Of a stretch of 64,000 bases of DNA, positions 37,988 through 47,363 are shown one piece after another. The stretch covers positions 64,001-128,000 of the forward strand of contig JBHYGA010000007.1 of assembly GCA_051859245.1 (NCBI GenBank). Direction: 5' to 3'. Below the pieces are notes generated by a model. That model worked only from the letters and a program-made list of their open reading frames with translations, was not told where the DNA came from and ran no database searches. This DNA comes from Gemmatimonadaceae bacterium. Its GTDB lineage: Bacteria > Gemmatimonadota > Gemmatimonadetes > Gemmatimonadales > Gemmatimonadaceae. Each line of letters begins with the position of its first letter. Within the stretch, counting starts at the first letter, position 1. The translations under genes were made by a program, and so were the position numbers.

Positions 37988-38815
37988 ATGCTGCATCGAT
38001 GGGTTCTGCCCGCCATCCTTCTGGGAACAGCACCGCTGCCAGCGCAGCGCGCCGAGCCGAACGTGGTCACGATCGAGGTCGCGGATTACGCGTTCCTTCG
38101 GTTGCCGCCGACCATTCCTGCGGGTTTGACGACCATACGACTGGTCAACAAGGGCAAGACGTTGCATCACCTGCAACTGAACCGACTTCGCGATGGCAAG
38201 AGTGTCACCGAGATGATCAAGGACTTCACGCCTGGCGCGCCGCTTCCTGCATATATGTCCGGGAGCGGTGGGCCGTCAGCCGCGTGGTCCGGACAAACGA
38301 TTGAAGCGACGATGATGCTCGAGCCAGAAACCTACGGCGTCATCTGCTGGGTTCCGGCCGCTGATCATCAGTTGCATTTGCAGAAAGGTATGCTGGGACA
38401 GATCACGGTCACGCCAAACAAAGCAGTTGCCCCAGCACCGGAACTGCCGAAGGCCGATGTGACGGTCACGGCGTTCGATTTCAACTACACGATGGACAAA
38501 CCCATTACGGCGGGCCGACGAACCGTTCGTTTTGTGAATCGTGGGCCACAGCACCATGAGTTCGTGTTGTTGCGACTGGCCAAGGGCAAAACAGTACGGG
38601 ACGCGAGTGCGTGGGCCGAGCGTGGCCAAACCGGTGAGCTTCCGGGCGTAATGCTCAGCGGTGTTGCCGCGATTGCGACAGGCTCCGCCGCAAACGTGAC
38701 CAACTCGTTCGAACCCGGCGAGTATGCCATCCTGTGTTTTGTGCCGAGTAACAGCGACAAAAAAGGACTGCCACATGTGCACTATGGCATGATGAAGCAG
38801 TTCACCGTGCAATAG
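37988..38815 (+). CDS. Exported tandem cupredoxin-like protein
   Basis: Two repeats with N.G...HH and C-x-V-P...H-x3-GM; signal peptide; GAGGA RBS. Confidence 0.7.
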   Translation: MLHRWVLPAILLGTAPLPAQRAEPNVVTIEVADYAFLRLPPTIPAGLTTIRLVNKGKTLHHLQLNRLRDGKSVTEMIKDFTPGAPLPAYMSGSGGPSAAWSGQTIEATMMLEPETYGVICWVPAADHQLHLQKGMLGQITVTPNKAVAPAPELPKADVTVTAFDFNYTMDKPITAGRRTVRFVNRGPQHHEFVLLRLAKGKTVRDASAWAERGQTGELPGVMLSGVAAIATGSAANVTNSFEPGEYAILCFVPSNSDKKGLPHVHYGMMKQFTVQ

Positions 38816-38852
38816 ATCGTAGTCAGATCATTCACAGTTCTCCGAGCAACGC

Positions 38853-39245
38853 ATGCCAACAGCAGTTGAAATTGCGCAACGGTACATCGAACACACCTAC
38901 GCGGGGCGCATCGCTGACGCGTCTGCTCTCCTCACTGACAACGTGCAGTTGGTCATGGGAGGCGGCGGCGCGATGGTTGGTCTTTATGAAGGCAGAGACG
39001 CGTACTTCGCCGCATTCGGCCGCATGATGTCGTTAACGAATGGCACGTATCGCACGGTTGGTGATACTCGGTGGGTTGATGGTGGTGATATGGCCATTGC
39101 CTTCGCCAAGGAACAGGTAACGCGCAATGGCACGATTATTGAGCTCGATCGTGTGATCACATTCGAGTTGCATGGCGCGCTGATTCGCCGTGTGCGTGTG
39201 TACGAGGGCGATCCGGCCGCCGCAGACAGTGCTTTCGCTGCCTGA
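38853..39245 (+). CDS. SnoaL/NTF2-like protein
   Basis: Short protein with LLTDNV, GLYEGRD, FELHGALIRRVRVY pattern. Confidence 0.75.
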   Translation: MPTAVEIAQRYIEHTYAGRIADASALLTDNVQLVMGGGGAMVGLYEGRDAYFAAFGRMMSLTNGTYRTVGDTRWVDGGDMAIAFAKEQVTRNGTIIELDRVITFELHGALIRRVRVYEGDPAAADSAFAA

Positions 39246-39269
39246 GGTTCAGCACGCCAAACGACCGGG

Positions 39270-41648
39270 CTAGCGCACCGGTTCGGAGCTCCACGACACG
39301 AGCATCTGCGTACCGTACGCTGGATCACTCTGCCACGCGACCTGTCCGCCAATGAGCGTCGCGCGCTGGCGGATGCTTTCAAGGCCATAACCGCCGCGAC
39401 CCGGCTTTGCCGGATCAAAGCCACGACCATCGTCTGCAACGAGCACTGTTGTTTCGTCGGACGTTTGCGACAGTTCGATTCGCAGCTGTGAGGCATTGGC
39501 ATGCTTCACCACGTTCGACGTCGCCTCCTGTACAATGCGGAACAGGTGATCTTCGACGTGTGCGGGTAATGGATTCCACAGTGGTGGGTGCTCCATGGAG
39601 ACCCTCAGCGCTGTACCCTGCGTCAGCTGCTGCACCAACCGCTCCAAGCCGGCGGGAAGTTGTTGATGCAACAACTCTTGCGGTCGCAGGGCGCTGACGG
39701 CTCGTCGCGCTTCATTCAAGCCATGCACGGCCATGGTCATGACGTCTGAAAGAAGCTCGCTGCGCCGGATCTCCATCGGTAGTTGCTTGATCTGCATTTG
39801 AATCGCAACGAACGCTTGTGCAATACTGTCGTGTATCTCGCGCGCCAGCCGATTCCGCTCGGCGAGCACTGCGGTTTGTTCCGCATGACGACGCGTCGTT
39901 GCACTCTGCCGATTCAACTCGAGCGTGAGCGCCACCAGTTGTGTGAGGCTCTGGATGTGCTGACGTTGCGATTCCGTGGGCGCCACGTGCTCCATGAAGA
40001 CCATGCCGATAAAACCAACGACACGATCACCAACGCAGAGGACTTGCACCGCATTCGCGGCATGCTGCTCCTGCCTGTGCCATACCAGCGTCGCGGGCAG
40101 ATAGGCGGCTTCGTCCACCTGTTCACGCAACGATCGCCAGACTAGCTGATCGGATGCCCGGAGTCTGCGACTGACTGGTCCGTACATATCAAACCCTTGA
40201 CGGAACGAGATGGGATCTCGCTCCTCGCCCTCGGGAGAGAACCGGCCATCACGGTAGGAACCGACCAAGCGCATGATCCCGTCGTCTTTTTCGGAGCGAA
40301 ACAGCCAGACGGTGTGCGCGTTTGCGAGTTGCTGAATAGCGCTCATGCAGGCGCTGAACATGTGCGTCTCATCGCCGGATTCGGCGAGTGCCTGCGTTGC
40401 CGCGCGGAGTGAGGCGTTGGCACGCGCCAACTCGGCAACCTGGGCCTGCTCCGCACGCTGACGTTCCGCTTCAATGAGCATGCGCTGCGCTGAATCGGCG
40501 AGCCGGTCCTGATAGATTGCGAGCGCTGCCATGTGGGCCAACGCACGAACGTGCGGATAGTCCACGTTGGACGCTTCTTCTCTCGATACGAACAACTGCG
40601 ACAACACGCCAACGAGCTGATCGCCCGCCATCAGTGGCAAATCAATTTCGAAGTGCAGGTGATCACAGTGTCCCCACGGCATCGCCAGGGGGCAGGAGCC
40701 GGTGCGCTCCGCCTCAACACGGTCCATACTGACCAGCTGCTCCCGACCAAGCGCATGCGTCCAGCGTGCCGTGAGTTCGGCGGGCAGCGGTTGAAACCAC
40801 GGCGCCTCATCGTTGGGCTCCGCCACAAAGAACGGTCCACCTTTACTGCCACTGACGACCAGTCGCATCGTGGCATCCGATTCGTCGTACAGAAAGATGC
40901 CGCCGGTTGATGATCCGCTGACCACCGACACTTCGCGTACGATCGTCTTGAGAAAGTCGAGCAGCGTGGTGCCGGGCATCAACGACTGCGCGACCAATCG
41001 CAACGACTCGTTCGCAGCGCCGAGTTCGCGCGACCGTGATTGTTCGCGGGATAGAAGATCCCGTTCCATGCGAAGGCGCTGTTCACGCTCCTCCAGCAGC
41101 TCGGTCAGCGCGTCGTCGCGCAGCATGGCAGCCGCCACGCCGTCAGCGGCGGTACGGAGCACGCCGGCAATCGCGGCATCGTAAGCGAACTCTGACGCGA
41201 ACCCGAGTGATAGCCACGCAATCGTGCGGCCGGAGTGCACCACCGGCACGAGGACGTTGGACTTTCGCCCCGCGGCGTCCCAGTGGTAGATGGTCTGAGG
41301 ATCGCGCAGGTCGGAGCGTTGTGTCCACACGACTTCGCCAGCCTCGAGCGTCTCGACCCACCGCTTCACGTCGGTGCTGTCGGGAATCGCAAAATCAGCG
41401 CGCGGCAACGGCGAGTGCGGATCGCGAGTCCATCGCGACATCACGCGCGCTCGACGCGTCGTTCCTTCGAGGCGGCGCCCTAACATGGCCGAATCGGCAC
41501 CGGCCGCGCTGCCGAGATGGCGCAGCCAGGCGTGAATGCCCTCGGAAAGACGATTCGATTCGATCAACAACCGCGACGCACGAAGAACCCCTTCAAGCAG
41601 TCGAATCAGCAGAGCCCCCTGGAAGCCTTTCATCCCCACGCAGAACAT
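39270..41648 (-). CDS. Cytoplasmic multi-GAF sensor histidine kinase (HisKA_3/NarX type)
   Basis: ERNRLAREIHDSIAQ, RIVQEATSNVVKHA, ADDGRGF, GYGL; three GAF-like blocks separated by coiled coils; start uncertain. Confidence 0.88.
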   Translation of the reverse strand: MFCVGMKGFQGALLIRLLEGVLRASRLLIESNRLSEGIHAWLRHLGSAAGADSAMLGRRLEGTTRRARVMSRWTRDPHSPLPRADFAIPDSTDVKRWVETLEAGEVVWTQRSDLRDPQTIYHWDAAGRKSNVLVPVVHSGRTIAWLSLGFASEFAYDAAIAGVLRTAADGVAAAMLRDDALTELLEEREQRLRMERDLLSREQSRSRELGAANESLRLVAQSLMPGTTLLDFLKTIVREVSVVSGSSTGGIFLYDESDATMRLVVSGSKGGPFFVAEPNDEAPWFQPLPAELTARWTHALGREQLVSMDRVEAERTGSCPLAMPWGHCDHLHFEIDLPLMAGDQLVGVLSQLFVSREEASNVDYPHVRALAHMAALAIYQDRLADSAQRMLIEAERQRAEQAQVAELARANASLRAATQALAESGDETHMFSACMSAIQQLANAHTVWLFRSEKDDGIMRLVGSYRDGRFSPEGEERDPISFRQGFDMYGPVSRRLRASDQLVWRSLREQVDEAAYLPATLVWHRQEQHAANAVQVLCVGDRVVGFIGMVFMEHVAPTESQRQHIQSLTQLVALTLELNRQSATTRRHAEQTAVLAERNRLAREIHDSIAQAFVAIQMQIKQLPMEIRRSELLSDVMTMAVHGLNEARRAVSALRPQELLHQQLPAGLERLVQQLTQGTALRVSMEHPPLWNPLPAHVEDHLFRIVQEATSNVVKHANASQLRIELSQTSDETTVLVADDGRGFDPAKPGRGGYGLESIRQRATLIGGQVAWQSDPAYGTQMLVSWSSEPVR

Positions 41649-41833
41649 ACAAAGCTCAGAACGGGACCGCCTCGCGTCCAGCCTGTCGTTTGTTCTGGTA
41701 CATACCTCGACCTTCGTCGAGGTGTTGCGGTGCGTGTACCGCGCCCATGTTATGCGGGGCGCAGCAGTATTGTTGGTGGGCACTCATTCGCGGAACCGCC
41801 GGTTCATTTGCCATGCGATTTGACGAAGCGACG

Positions 41834-42472
41834 ATGACGTCCTCGTTCCGGAAGATTCGGGTGTTGGTCGCCGATGACCACACCATTGTGCGACGTGGCG
41901 TGGTGGCCATGTTGGCGCAGTCGAGTGACATCGATATTGCCGGTGAGGCAGACGACGGTCAGTCGGCGGTCGAGCAGTACGAACTCTTGCGTCCCGATGT
42001 CACGCTCATTGATCTGCGCATGCCGCGCCTCGATGGATTTGGCGTGCTCGACGCACTGCGCACTCGGGATGCTGCGGCCAGGGTGATCGTGTTAACAACG
42101 TTCGATACCGACGACGACATTGAGCGCGTCTTGCGCGCCGGCGCGAAGGCGTATTTGCTGAAAGACGTGTCTTCTGCAGACCTCGTCGCGTGTGTGCGGG
42201 CAGTGCATCAGGGACGGCGGTGGTTATCGCAGGACATTGCGAGTCGTCTGGCCGATCGGATGACGCGTGTCACGCTCACGCCACGCGAGATGACGGTGCT
42301 GCGTGAGCTTGCTGATGGAAAAAGCAACAAGCAGATTGCCGCAGCACTCGGCATCGTTGAAGGCACGGTGAAGCTGCACGTGACGCGAGTGTACGATAAA
42401 CTCGGGGTGTCGAGTCGCACCGAAGCACTTGGTGTCGCGCTTCGGCGCGGACTGTTGCGTCTATCGGTGTAG
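41834..42472 (+). CDS. NarL/LuxR family response regulator
   Basis: IRVLVADDH, DLRMP, LTTFD, AYLLKD, LTPRE...SNKQIA...GTVK. Confidence 0.93.
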   Translation: MTSSFRKIRVLVADDHTIVRRGVVAMLAQSSDIDIAGEADDGQSAVEQYELLRPDVTLIDLRMPRLDGFGVLDALRTRDAAARVIVLTTFDTDDDIERVLRAGAKAYLLKDVSSADLVACVRAVHQGRRWLSQDIASRLADRMTRVTLTPREMTVLRELADGKSNKQIAAALGIVEGTVKLHVTRVYDKLGVSSRTEALGVALRRGLLRLSV

Positions 42473-42486
42473 CTCTCCTAATCAGG

Positions 42487-43116
42487 CTACAGCGTGATCA
42501 AGCCGTAGCGCGCAGCCACTGCCACGGCTTCCGTGCGACTACTCACGCCGAGCTTGGCCAGGATCGAGGTCATGTGAAACTTGACGGTGCCTTCGGTGAT
42601 GCCGGTTGCCACCGCGATCTCGCGATTGCTTCGCCCCAAGGCCACCAGATTCAGGACACTGAGTTCGCGCTTTGAGAGTTCTGGCTTGCTGAGGCGATCT
42701 GCCAGCCGCGCGGCCACAAAGCCGCTCAGATATTTTTCACCGCGTGCGGCGCCGCGCACGCACGCCAGGATTTCTGCGGCAGGGGCGTCCTTGAGGAGAT
42801 ACGCCAGCGCACCAGCACGCATGCCGCGATAGATCTCTTCCTCTCCATCGAACGTCGTGAGAATTACCACATTCGCGTCAGGATCACGCGAACGAATTGT
42901 TCTGATTGCTGTCACCCCGTCTACACCTGGCATGCGCAAGTCCATCAGCGTGACGTCAGGTTGGGTCGCGAAATATTCACGAATCGCGTCATCGCCATTA
43001 GCAGCCTCCCCGACCACCACAAAGTTGGCGTCGCCAGCAATGATGCCAGCAACGCCAGCCCGAACGATCGGGTGATCATCGCAGATCAGTACGCGAATAG
43101 ACTCGTGCGCAAGCAT
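42487..43116 (-). CDS. NarL/LuxR family response regulator
   Basis: IRVLICDDH, MDLRMP, LTTFD, LSKRE...SNREIA...GTVKFH; GGAGG RBS before ATG 43116. Confidence 0.93.
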   Translation of the reverse strand: MLAHESIRVLICDDHPIVRAGVAGIIAGDANFVVVGEAANGDDAIREYFATQPDVTLMDLRMPGVDGVTAIRTIRSRDPDANVVILTTFDGEEEIYRGMRAGALAYLLKDAPAAEILACVRGAARGEKYLSGFVAARLADRLSKPELSKRELSVLNLVALGRSNREIAVATGITEGTVKFHMTSILAKLGVSSRTEAVAVAARYGLITL

Positions 43117-43407
43117 GGCGACCTCCCGGCGTGAGCCGAGTGCACAACCGGCAGTGCACGCCATGGCGGAGGTGCCCGACGTGCGCCCTTTCAATGGTTA
43201 ACGCTATGCCCAAGGGCATAGTTCGAGCTGGCGAGAGGTGTCGGCGCGGGGTGCCCATTCGCGACACGCGAATCGCAGCTGCGGAGACCTAACGTAGAAC
43301 GCGTTGCAACGCGACGCCACGCGTTTGTTGTCCTCAACCCTCCTGGCCATGCACAACCTCCTCCCCTGCAGCAGTGGAACGTGTCAACCACATCGCGCGA
43401 TCGCTTT

Positions 43408-44187
43408 ATGACTGACGCGACCGAAGTAGCGGCCGCGAGCGGTCCGCTTTCCGGCACGCGTCTGGTCGTCTTGGGCGCCGCCGGTGAGATCGGCGAGGGG
43501 TTGGTTCGCGAAGCACTCCGTCACGGGGCCGACGTGGTGGCGGTATCGCGTTCGAGTGAACGCCTGGCGGCATTGGAGGCCAGCCTGCGTACCGCCAATC
43601 TCCACAACACGTGGACGCGTCGATTTACGCCGCTGCAAGGTGGGGTACACAGCGAGGCTGGAGCCGAAGCACTGGCCGCGTTTTTCAGTGAGACGACGCG
43701 ACGCCCTGTGGCAGTGATCGCGTCGTTGGGAGGATGGCGACAAGGTGCGTTTGTCACGGACACCGCGCTCAGTGTGTGGCACGAAGCATTCGAGCAGTCG
43801 CTCACGGCGCACATGCTTGCGGCGCGCGCGCTGCTGCCCCTGATCGCGACTGAAGAGGGTGCCAGCTACACGCTGGTGAATGGTGGCGCGGCGCTTCGTG
43901 CGGTGCCCGGTGCGGGTGCAATGTGTGTGTCCGCTGCTGGTCAACTCATGCTCATGCGGGTACTCAGCGCGGAATACAAGCAGGATCCGGTACGCATCAA
44001 CACGCTCTTACTCGACACGCCCGTGCGAACGCGGTCGCGTCTCGTGGGCCCTCCGTCGTGGATCTCCGCATCTGATGCCGGTGCTGCGGGCGCCTATCTC
44101 GCGTCGCGCGCCAGCACCCTGCGTGGCGAGGTGCTGGTGCTTGATCATCCCGATGCGCGCAAGCAGCTCGGTGCACCGTTTGCGTGA
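43408..44187 (+). CDS. Short-chain dehydrogenase/reductase (atypical)
   Basis: VVLGAAGEIGEG Rossmann motif, VIASLGGW, VRIN; no canonical YxxxK seen. Confidence 0.78.
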   Translation: MTDATEVAAASGPLSGTRLVVLGAAGEIGEGLVREALRHGADVVAVSRSSERLAALEASLRTANLHNTWTRRFTPLQGGVHSEAGAEALAAFFSETTRRPVAVIASLGGWRQGAFVTDTALSVWHEAFEQSLTAHMLAARALLPLIATEEGASYTLVNGGAALRAVPGAGAMCVSAAGQLMLMRVLSAEYKQDPVRINTLLLDTPVRTRSRLVGPPSWISASDAGAAGAYLASRASTLRGEVLVLDHPDARKQLGAPFA

Positions 44188-44294
44188 TAGCGAATCGCGC
44201 AACCGAACAATCGGTCAAACCTTTTGCGTGTGAGTCATTACATGTCGGTAGCGAGAAACGTCAACGATCGAGCACACTCGTGAGTGATACGTCA

Positions 44295-44741
44295 ATGGAC
44301 GATCTGGCGATTCGTAATCTGGTCGCGAACTTTGCGCTCGCGGCCATGCAGCGTGACTACACGCGATTCAGCGATACGTGGGCGCCAGAGGGTGTGTGGC
44401 GTATCTCGCCTCCCATCAATGTCGAGTTCTCCTCCCGAGCCGCGATCGCCGAGGCAATTCCTGGCATGCTCGCGCGATGGCAGTGGTTCATTCAGATCCC
44501 GCATTCCGGTGTCATCACGCTCAACGGTGACAAAGCAACTGGTGAATGGATTATGACGGAGCGCGCCAAACCAGCCGCAGGAAGCGGAGGCCACTTCAAT
44601 CACGGATTGTACCGCGATGCGTACGTGCGCCATGACGGACGCTGGACGTTCGCCGAACGCACCTATCACTACCTCTACATCGACCACAGCGATCCCGCCG
44701 GCGAGGGCGGGTTGCTCGGCACGGTTGGGAGCACGTCATGA
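44295..44741 (+). CDS. SnoaL-like / NTF2 family protein
   Basis: DDLAIRNL..FA...WAPEGVW...GDKATG...GLYRDAYVRHDGRWTFAER. Confidence 0.85.
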   Translation: MDDLAIRNLVANFALAAMQRDYTRFSDTWAPEGVWRISPPINVEFSSRAAIAEAIPGMLARWQWFIQIPHSGVITLNGDKATGEWIMTERAKPAAGSGGHFNHGLYRDAYVRHDGRWTFAERTYHYLYIDHSDPAGEGGLLGTVGSTS

Positions 44742-45592
44742 TTGAGACGCATATGACAGATGCAAACGGCATTCGTTTGCAATATCTGAAAACCGGGAGC
44801 GGACCCACGGTCGTATTGCTCCACGGGTGGCCGCAGCATTCGCATCACTGGCGCCGGATCATGCCGGAATTAGGCGAACACTTTACAGTGATTGCCCCTG
44901 ATCAACGCGGCGCCGGCGGATCTGCCATTTCCGTTGGCCCGTACGACAAGAACACACTCGCCGACGACATCATTGCGTTGGTACGCACGCTGAATCTGGG
45001 ACCTGTTGCTGTGGTGGGCTATGACCACGGCGGCGGGACAGCGTACGCGATGGCCGCACGATTCCCTGCGGAGGTGTGGGCGCTGGGCATGTTCGAGTAC
45101 GCGCCAGCCGGATTCGGATACGAAATGGGATTGACCGCTTCACCGTACAATGAGAACTGGCAACTCGCCTTCTTTACCAACCCCGATGTTGCGACCCGCT
45201 TTCTGCAAGGACAGGAGCGCGAGTTGTTGAGCTGGTACTTCTGGCACTGGAGCTACAACGCCAATGCGATCAGCATGAGCGACTTCGAGCTCTATGTGCG
45301 TGAGTTGCAAAAACCAGGCGCGCTACGCGCCGGTTTTTCGTACTTCGCGTCTGTGTTTCAAGACATGGAGGCGAACAAGATTCTTGGCGCGACAAAACTG
45401 ACGCAGCCGGTGCTCGCCCTCGGTGGTCGGCGAGGTGCCGGCGAATACCCGATGATGGCCATGCGCGCGCTCGCCGACCGCGTTGAGGGTGGCGTGGTGG
45501 AAGAAGCGGGACACTGGCTCACCGATGAGCAACCGGAGCGCGTGTCTGCGTGGCTTATCGAGTTTCTGCGCGCGCATCAGCCCCGGCGCTGA
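44738..45592 (+). CDS. Alpha/beta hydrolase, epoxide hydrolase/dehalogenase-like
   Basis: LLHGWPQ, APDQRGAG, GYDHGG (Asp nucleophile), AGHWL.DEQP; ATGA overlap. Confidence 0.88.
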   Translation: MIETHMTDANGIRLQYLKTGSGPTVVLLHGWPQHSHHWRRIMPELGEHFTVIAPDQRGAGGSAISVGPYDKNTLADDIIALVRTLNLGPVAVVGYDHGGGTAYAMAARFPAEVWALGMFEYAPAGFGYEMGLTASPYNENWQLAFFTNPDVATRFLQGQERELLSWYFWHWSYNANAISMSDFELYVRELQKPGALRAGFSYFASVFQDMEANKILGATKLTQPVLALGGRRGAGEYPMMAMRALADRVEGGVVEEAGHWLTDEQPERVSAWLIEFLRAHQPRR

Positions 45593-45622
45593 TCATTCGC
45601 ATCTTCTCTTTGCACTTAGATC

Positions 45623-46387
45623 ATGACTCAGCGATTAGTGCTGTGGGCGGCTAACCTCCGCACGAAATCATTCGCGGATCGACTGGATGCTGCGGTCGCC
45701 GCTGGCTATCAGGAGATGTCGATATTCCAAATCGATGTGCAGTCGTTTGGGGAACAAGGTGTCAACGCTCGCGAGCTGCGCACGCGTGCCGCAGATCAAG
45801 GAGTTCAGATCTCGGTACTTGATCCATACGCACAATGGGCGCCCAACACGACGCCGGCAGCTTGCGCGCAGCCGTCAGATCTCGCGTTTGTTGGCTTTCA
45901 CGAAGTAGAACTGTTCGCCATGGCCGAGGCGCTCCGTGTTGAGTCCATCAACCTCATCGAAACGTTCGGCAACGCGGTGCCACTCGAAGCAGGCGCCGAG
46001 CGGCTCGCGGCATTCGCGGCTCGTGCCTGGTCCAATGGTTGGCGTACGCAGGTTGAGTTCATGCCGTTCTCCGGCATTCCGGATTTACGATCCGCATGGA
46101 ATCTTGTGCGTGCGGTGAATCAACCATACGTGGGGCTCACGTTTGACACGTGGCACTATTTTCGCGGCACGCCAGACAATGCGTTGCTCGCGGAGATACC
46201 AGGCGACCGCATCTTTCAGGTACAACTTGCAGACGCCATGCACGCGCTCGCCGCGCCAACATTGGTGGAAGATCTTTTGCATCATCGCCTGTTGCCGGGA
46301 GAGGGTGAGTTCCCGATCAGAGACGTGGTGCAGACACTCCTTAGCGACGCGCCCCCGATTCCCGTCCAAAGTTCCACACAAAATTGA
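45623..46387 (+). CDS. Sugar phosphate isomerase/epimerase (xylose isomerase-like TIM barrel), probably C-terminally truncated
   Basis: VEFMP, FDTWH, VQLAD, RLLPGEG; last strand with terminal Glu not seen and the tail reads into the convergent gene. Confidence 0.75.
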   Translation: MTQRLVLWAANLRTKSFADRLDAAVAAGYQEMSIFQIDVQSFGEQGVNARELRTRAADQGVQISVLDPYAQWAPNTTPAACAQPSDLAFVGFHEVELFAMAEALRVESINLIETFGNAVPLEAGAERLAAFAARAWSNGWRTQVEFMPFSGIPDLRSAWNLVRAVNQPYVGLTFDTWHYFRGTPDNALLAEIPGDRIFQVQLADAMHALAAPTLVEDLLHHRLLPGEGEFPIRDVVQTLLSDAPPIPVQSSTQN

Positions 46388-47255
46388 CCATCGGAAAGCA
46401 GCATCCGACGCCGGATCCAGCGGCGCCGATCACGCCAAAATCGCTGGACAGTCGCTCGCCAATAAAGCGCACCGCCCCGCTCACCAGCGAAGCGCCATCG
46501 GAGCCGCCCGTAAAAACCCAGTTCTCAGTGATGAACTTCACGCGCCGACTGACGCGCGTTTCGCCGCCAAGCACGATCACCGGTGCGTTGCTCATGGAGG
46601 ATTGATTCCCGCCCCACCGGAATCCCCATCCGGCGCCGGCCGTGAATGCGCGGTCTCTCGTGCCCCATGTGCCCACGCCATATGCCATGCCGAACGTTCC
46701 TGCATCGCTCTCGTTCGGCAGCGCAAATGCGAGTGCGCCAACGGACACAGCCGAGCGTTCGCGTTGTGAGACGGTGAACTTGGGCGCCACATAAAAGATT
46801 TCGCCCATCGCACCGGGAATCACCGGTGTGCCACCTGCAATGGTGAATCGATCGGTCACGCCGTATGCGACCATCGGAAAGAACAAGAAGTACGCCGACA
46901 CGTAGCCCTGACCCGCGCCGAGCGCCCGCCCGGTGCTGGTGAAGAGCAAACGCGTGTGATTCGGGTCTTCCAGCCAGTATTCACCAGCAACCACGCTGCC
47001 CGCGGCGCGTTGTTGGCTCGTGATCTGGTCGGCCGTGAGTTGCATGCGGGCGCCGGACACGGTGCGCAGCACGAAGGTGTCACCGGCGGTGCGTTCAATG
47101 GTGCCATAAAGCACGGATCCGTCGCGCAAACGCACTTCCATCACGGATGCAGAGTCGGCGAGCGGCGTGCGACTGGTGTCAGCTTGCGCGGACGCCAGTT
47201 GGGTGGCGAATGCGGAGAAAACGACGCTGAGCAACAACAGAATGCGTTTGGACAT
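46341..47255 (-). CDS. Exported hypothetical protein, possible outer-membrane beta-barrel
   Basis: Signal peptide ASA-Q, VRLRDGS..YG N-domain, amphipathic strands, FPMVNFVWNF near C-terminus. Confidence 0.7.
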   Translation of the reverse strand: MSKRILLLLSVVFSAFATQLASAQADTSRTPLADSASVMEVRLRDGSVLYGTIERTAGDTFVLRTVSGARMQLTADQITSQQRAAGSVVAGEYWLEDPNHTRLLFTSTGRALGAGQGYVSAYFLFFPMVAYGVTDRFTIAGGTPVIPGAMGEIFYVAPKFTVSQRERSAVSVGALAFALPNESDAGTFGMAYGVGTWGTRDRAFTAGAGWGFRWGGNQSSMSNAPVIVLGGETRVSRRVKFITENWVFTGGSDGASLVSGAVRFIGERLSSDFGVIGAAGSGVGCCFPMVNFVWNFGRESGARR

Positions 47256-47363
47256 GACAGCCTCGCGTGTGGGAGCGGTGACGGGTTGATGTCACGGTAC
47301 CCAGGCCGCGCAAGCGAGGCGATACGTCAGATAGCGTAGGAGGTGGGCGTCCGCCTGTCTTCA

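Noticed and set aside
41036..41833. Long N-terminal extension of the response regulator (478 aa ORF)
   Set aside because: Overlaps the kinase antisense; receiver domain starts at 41834
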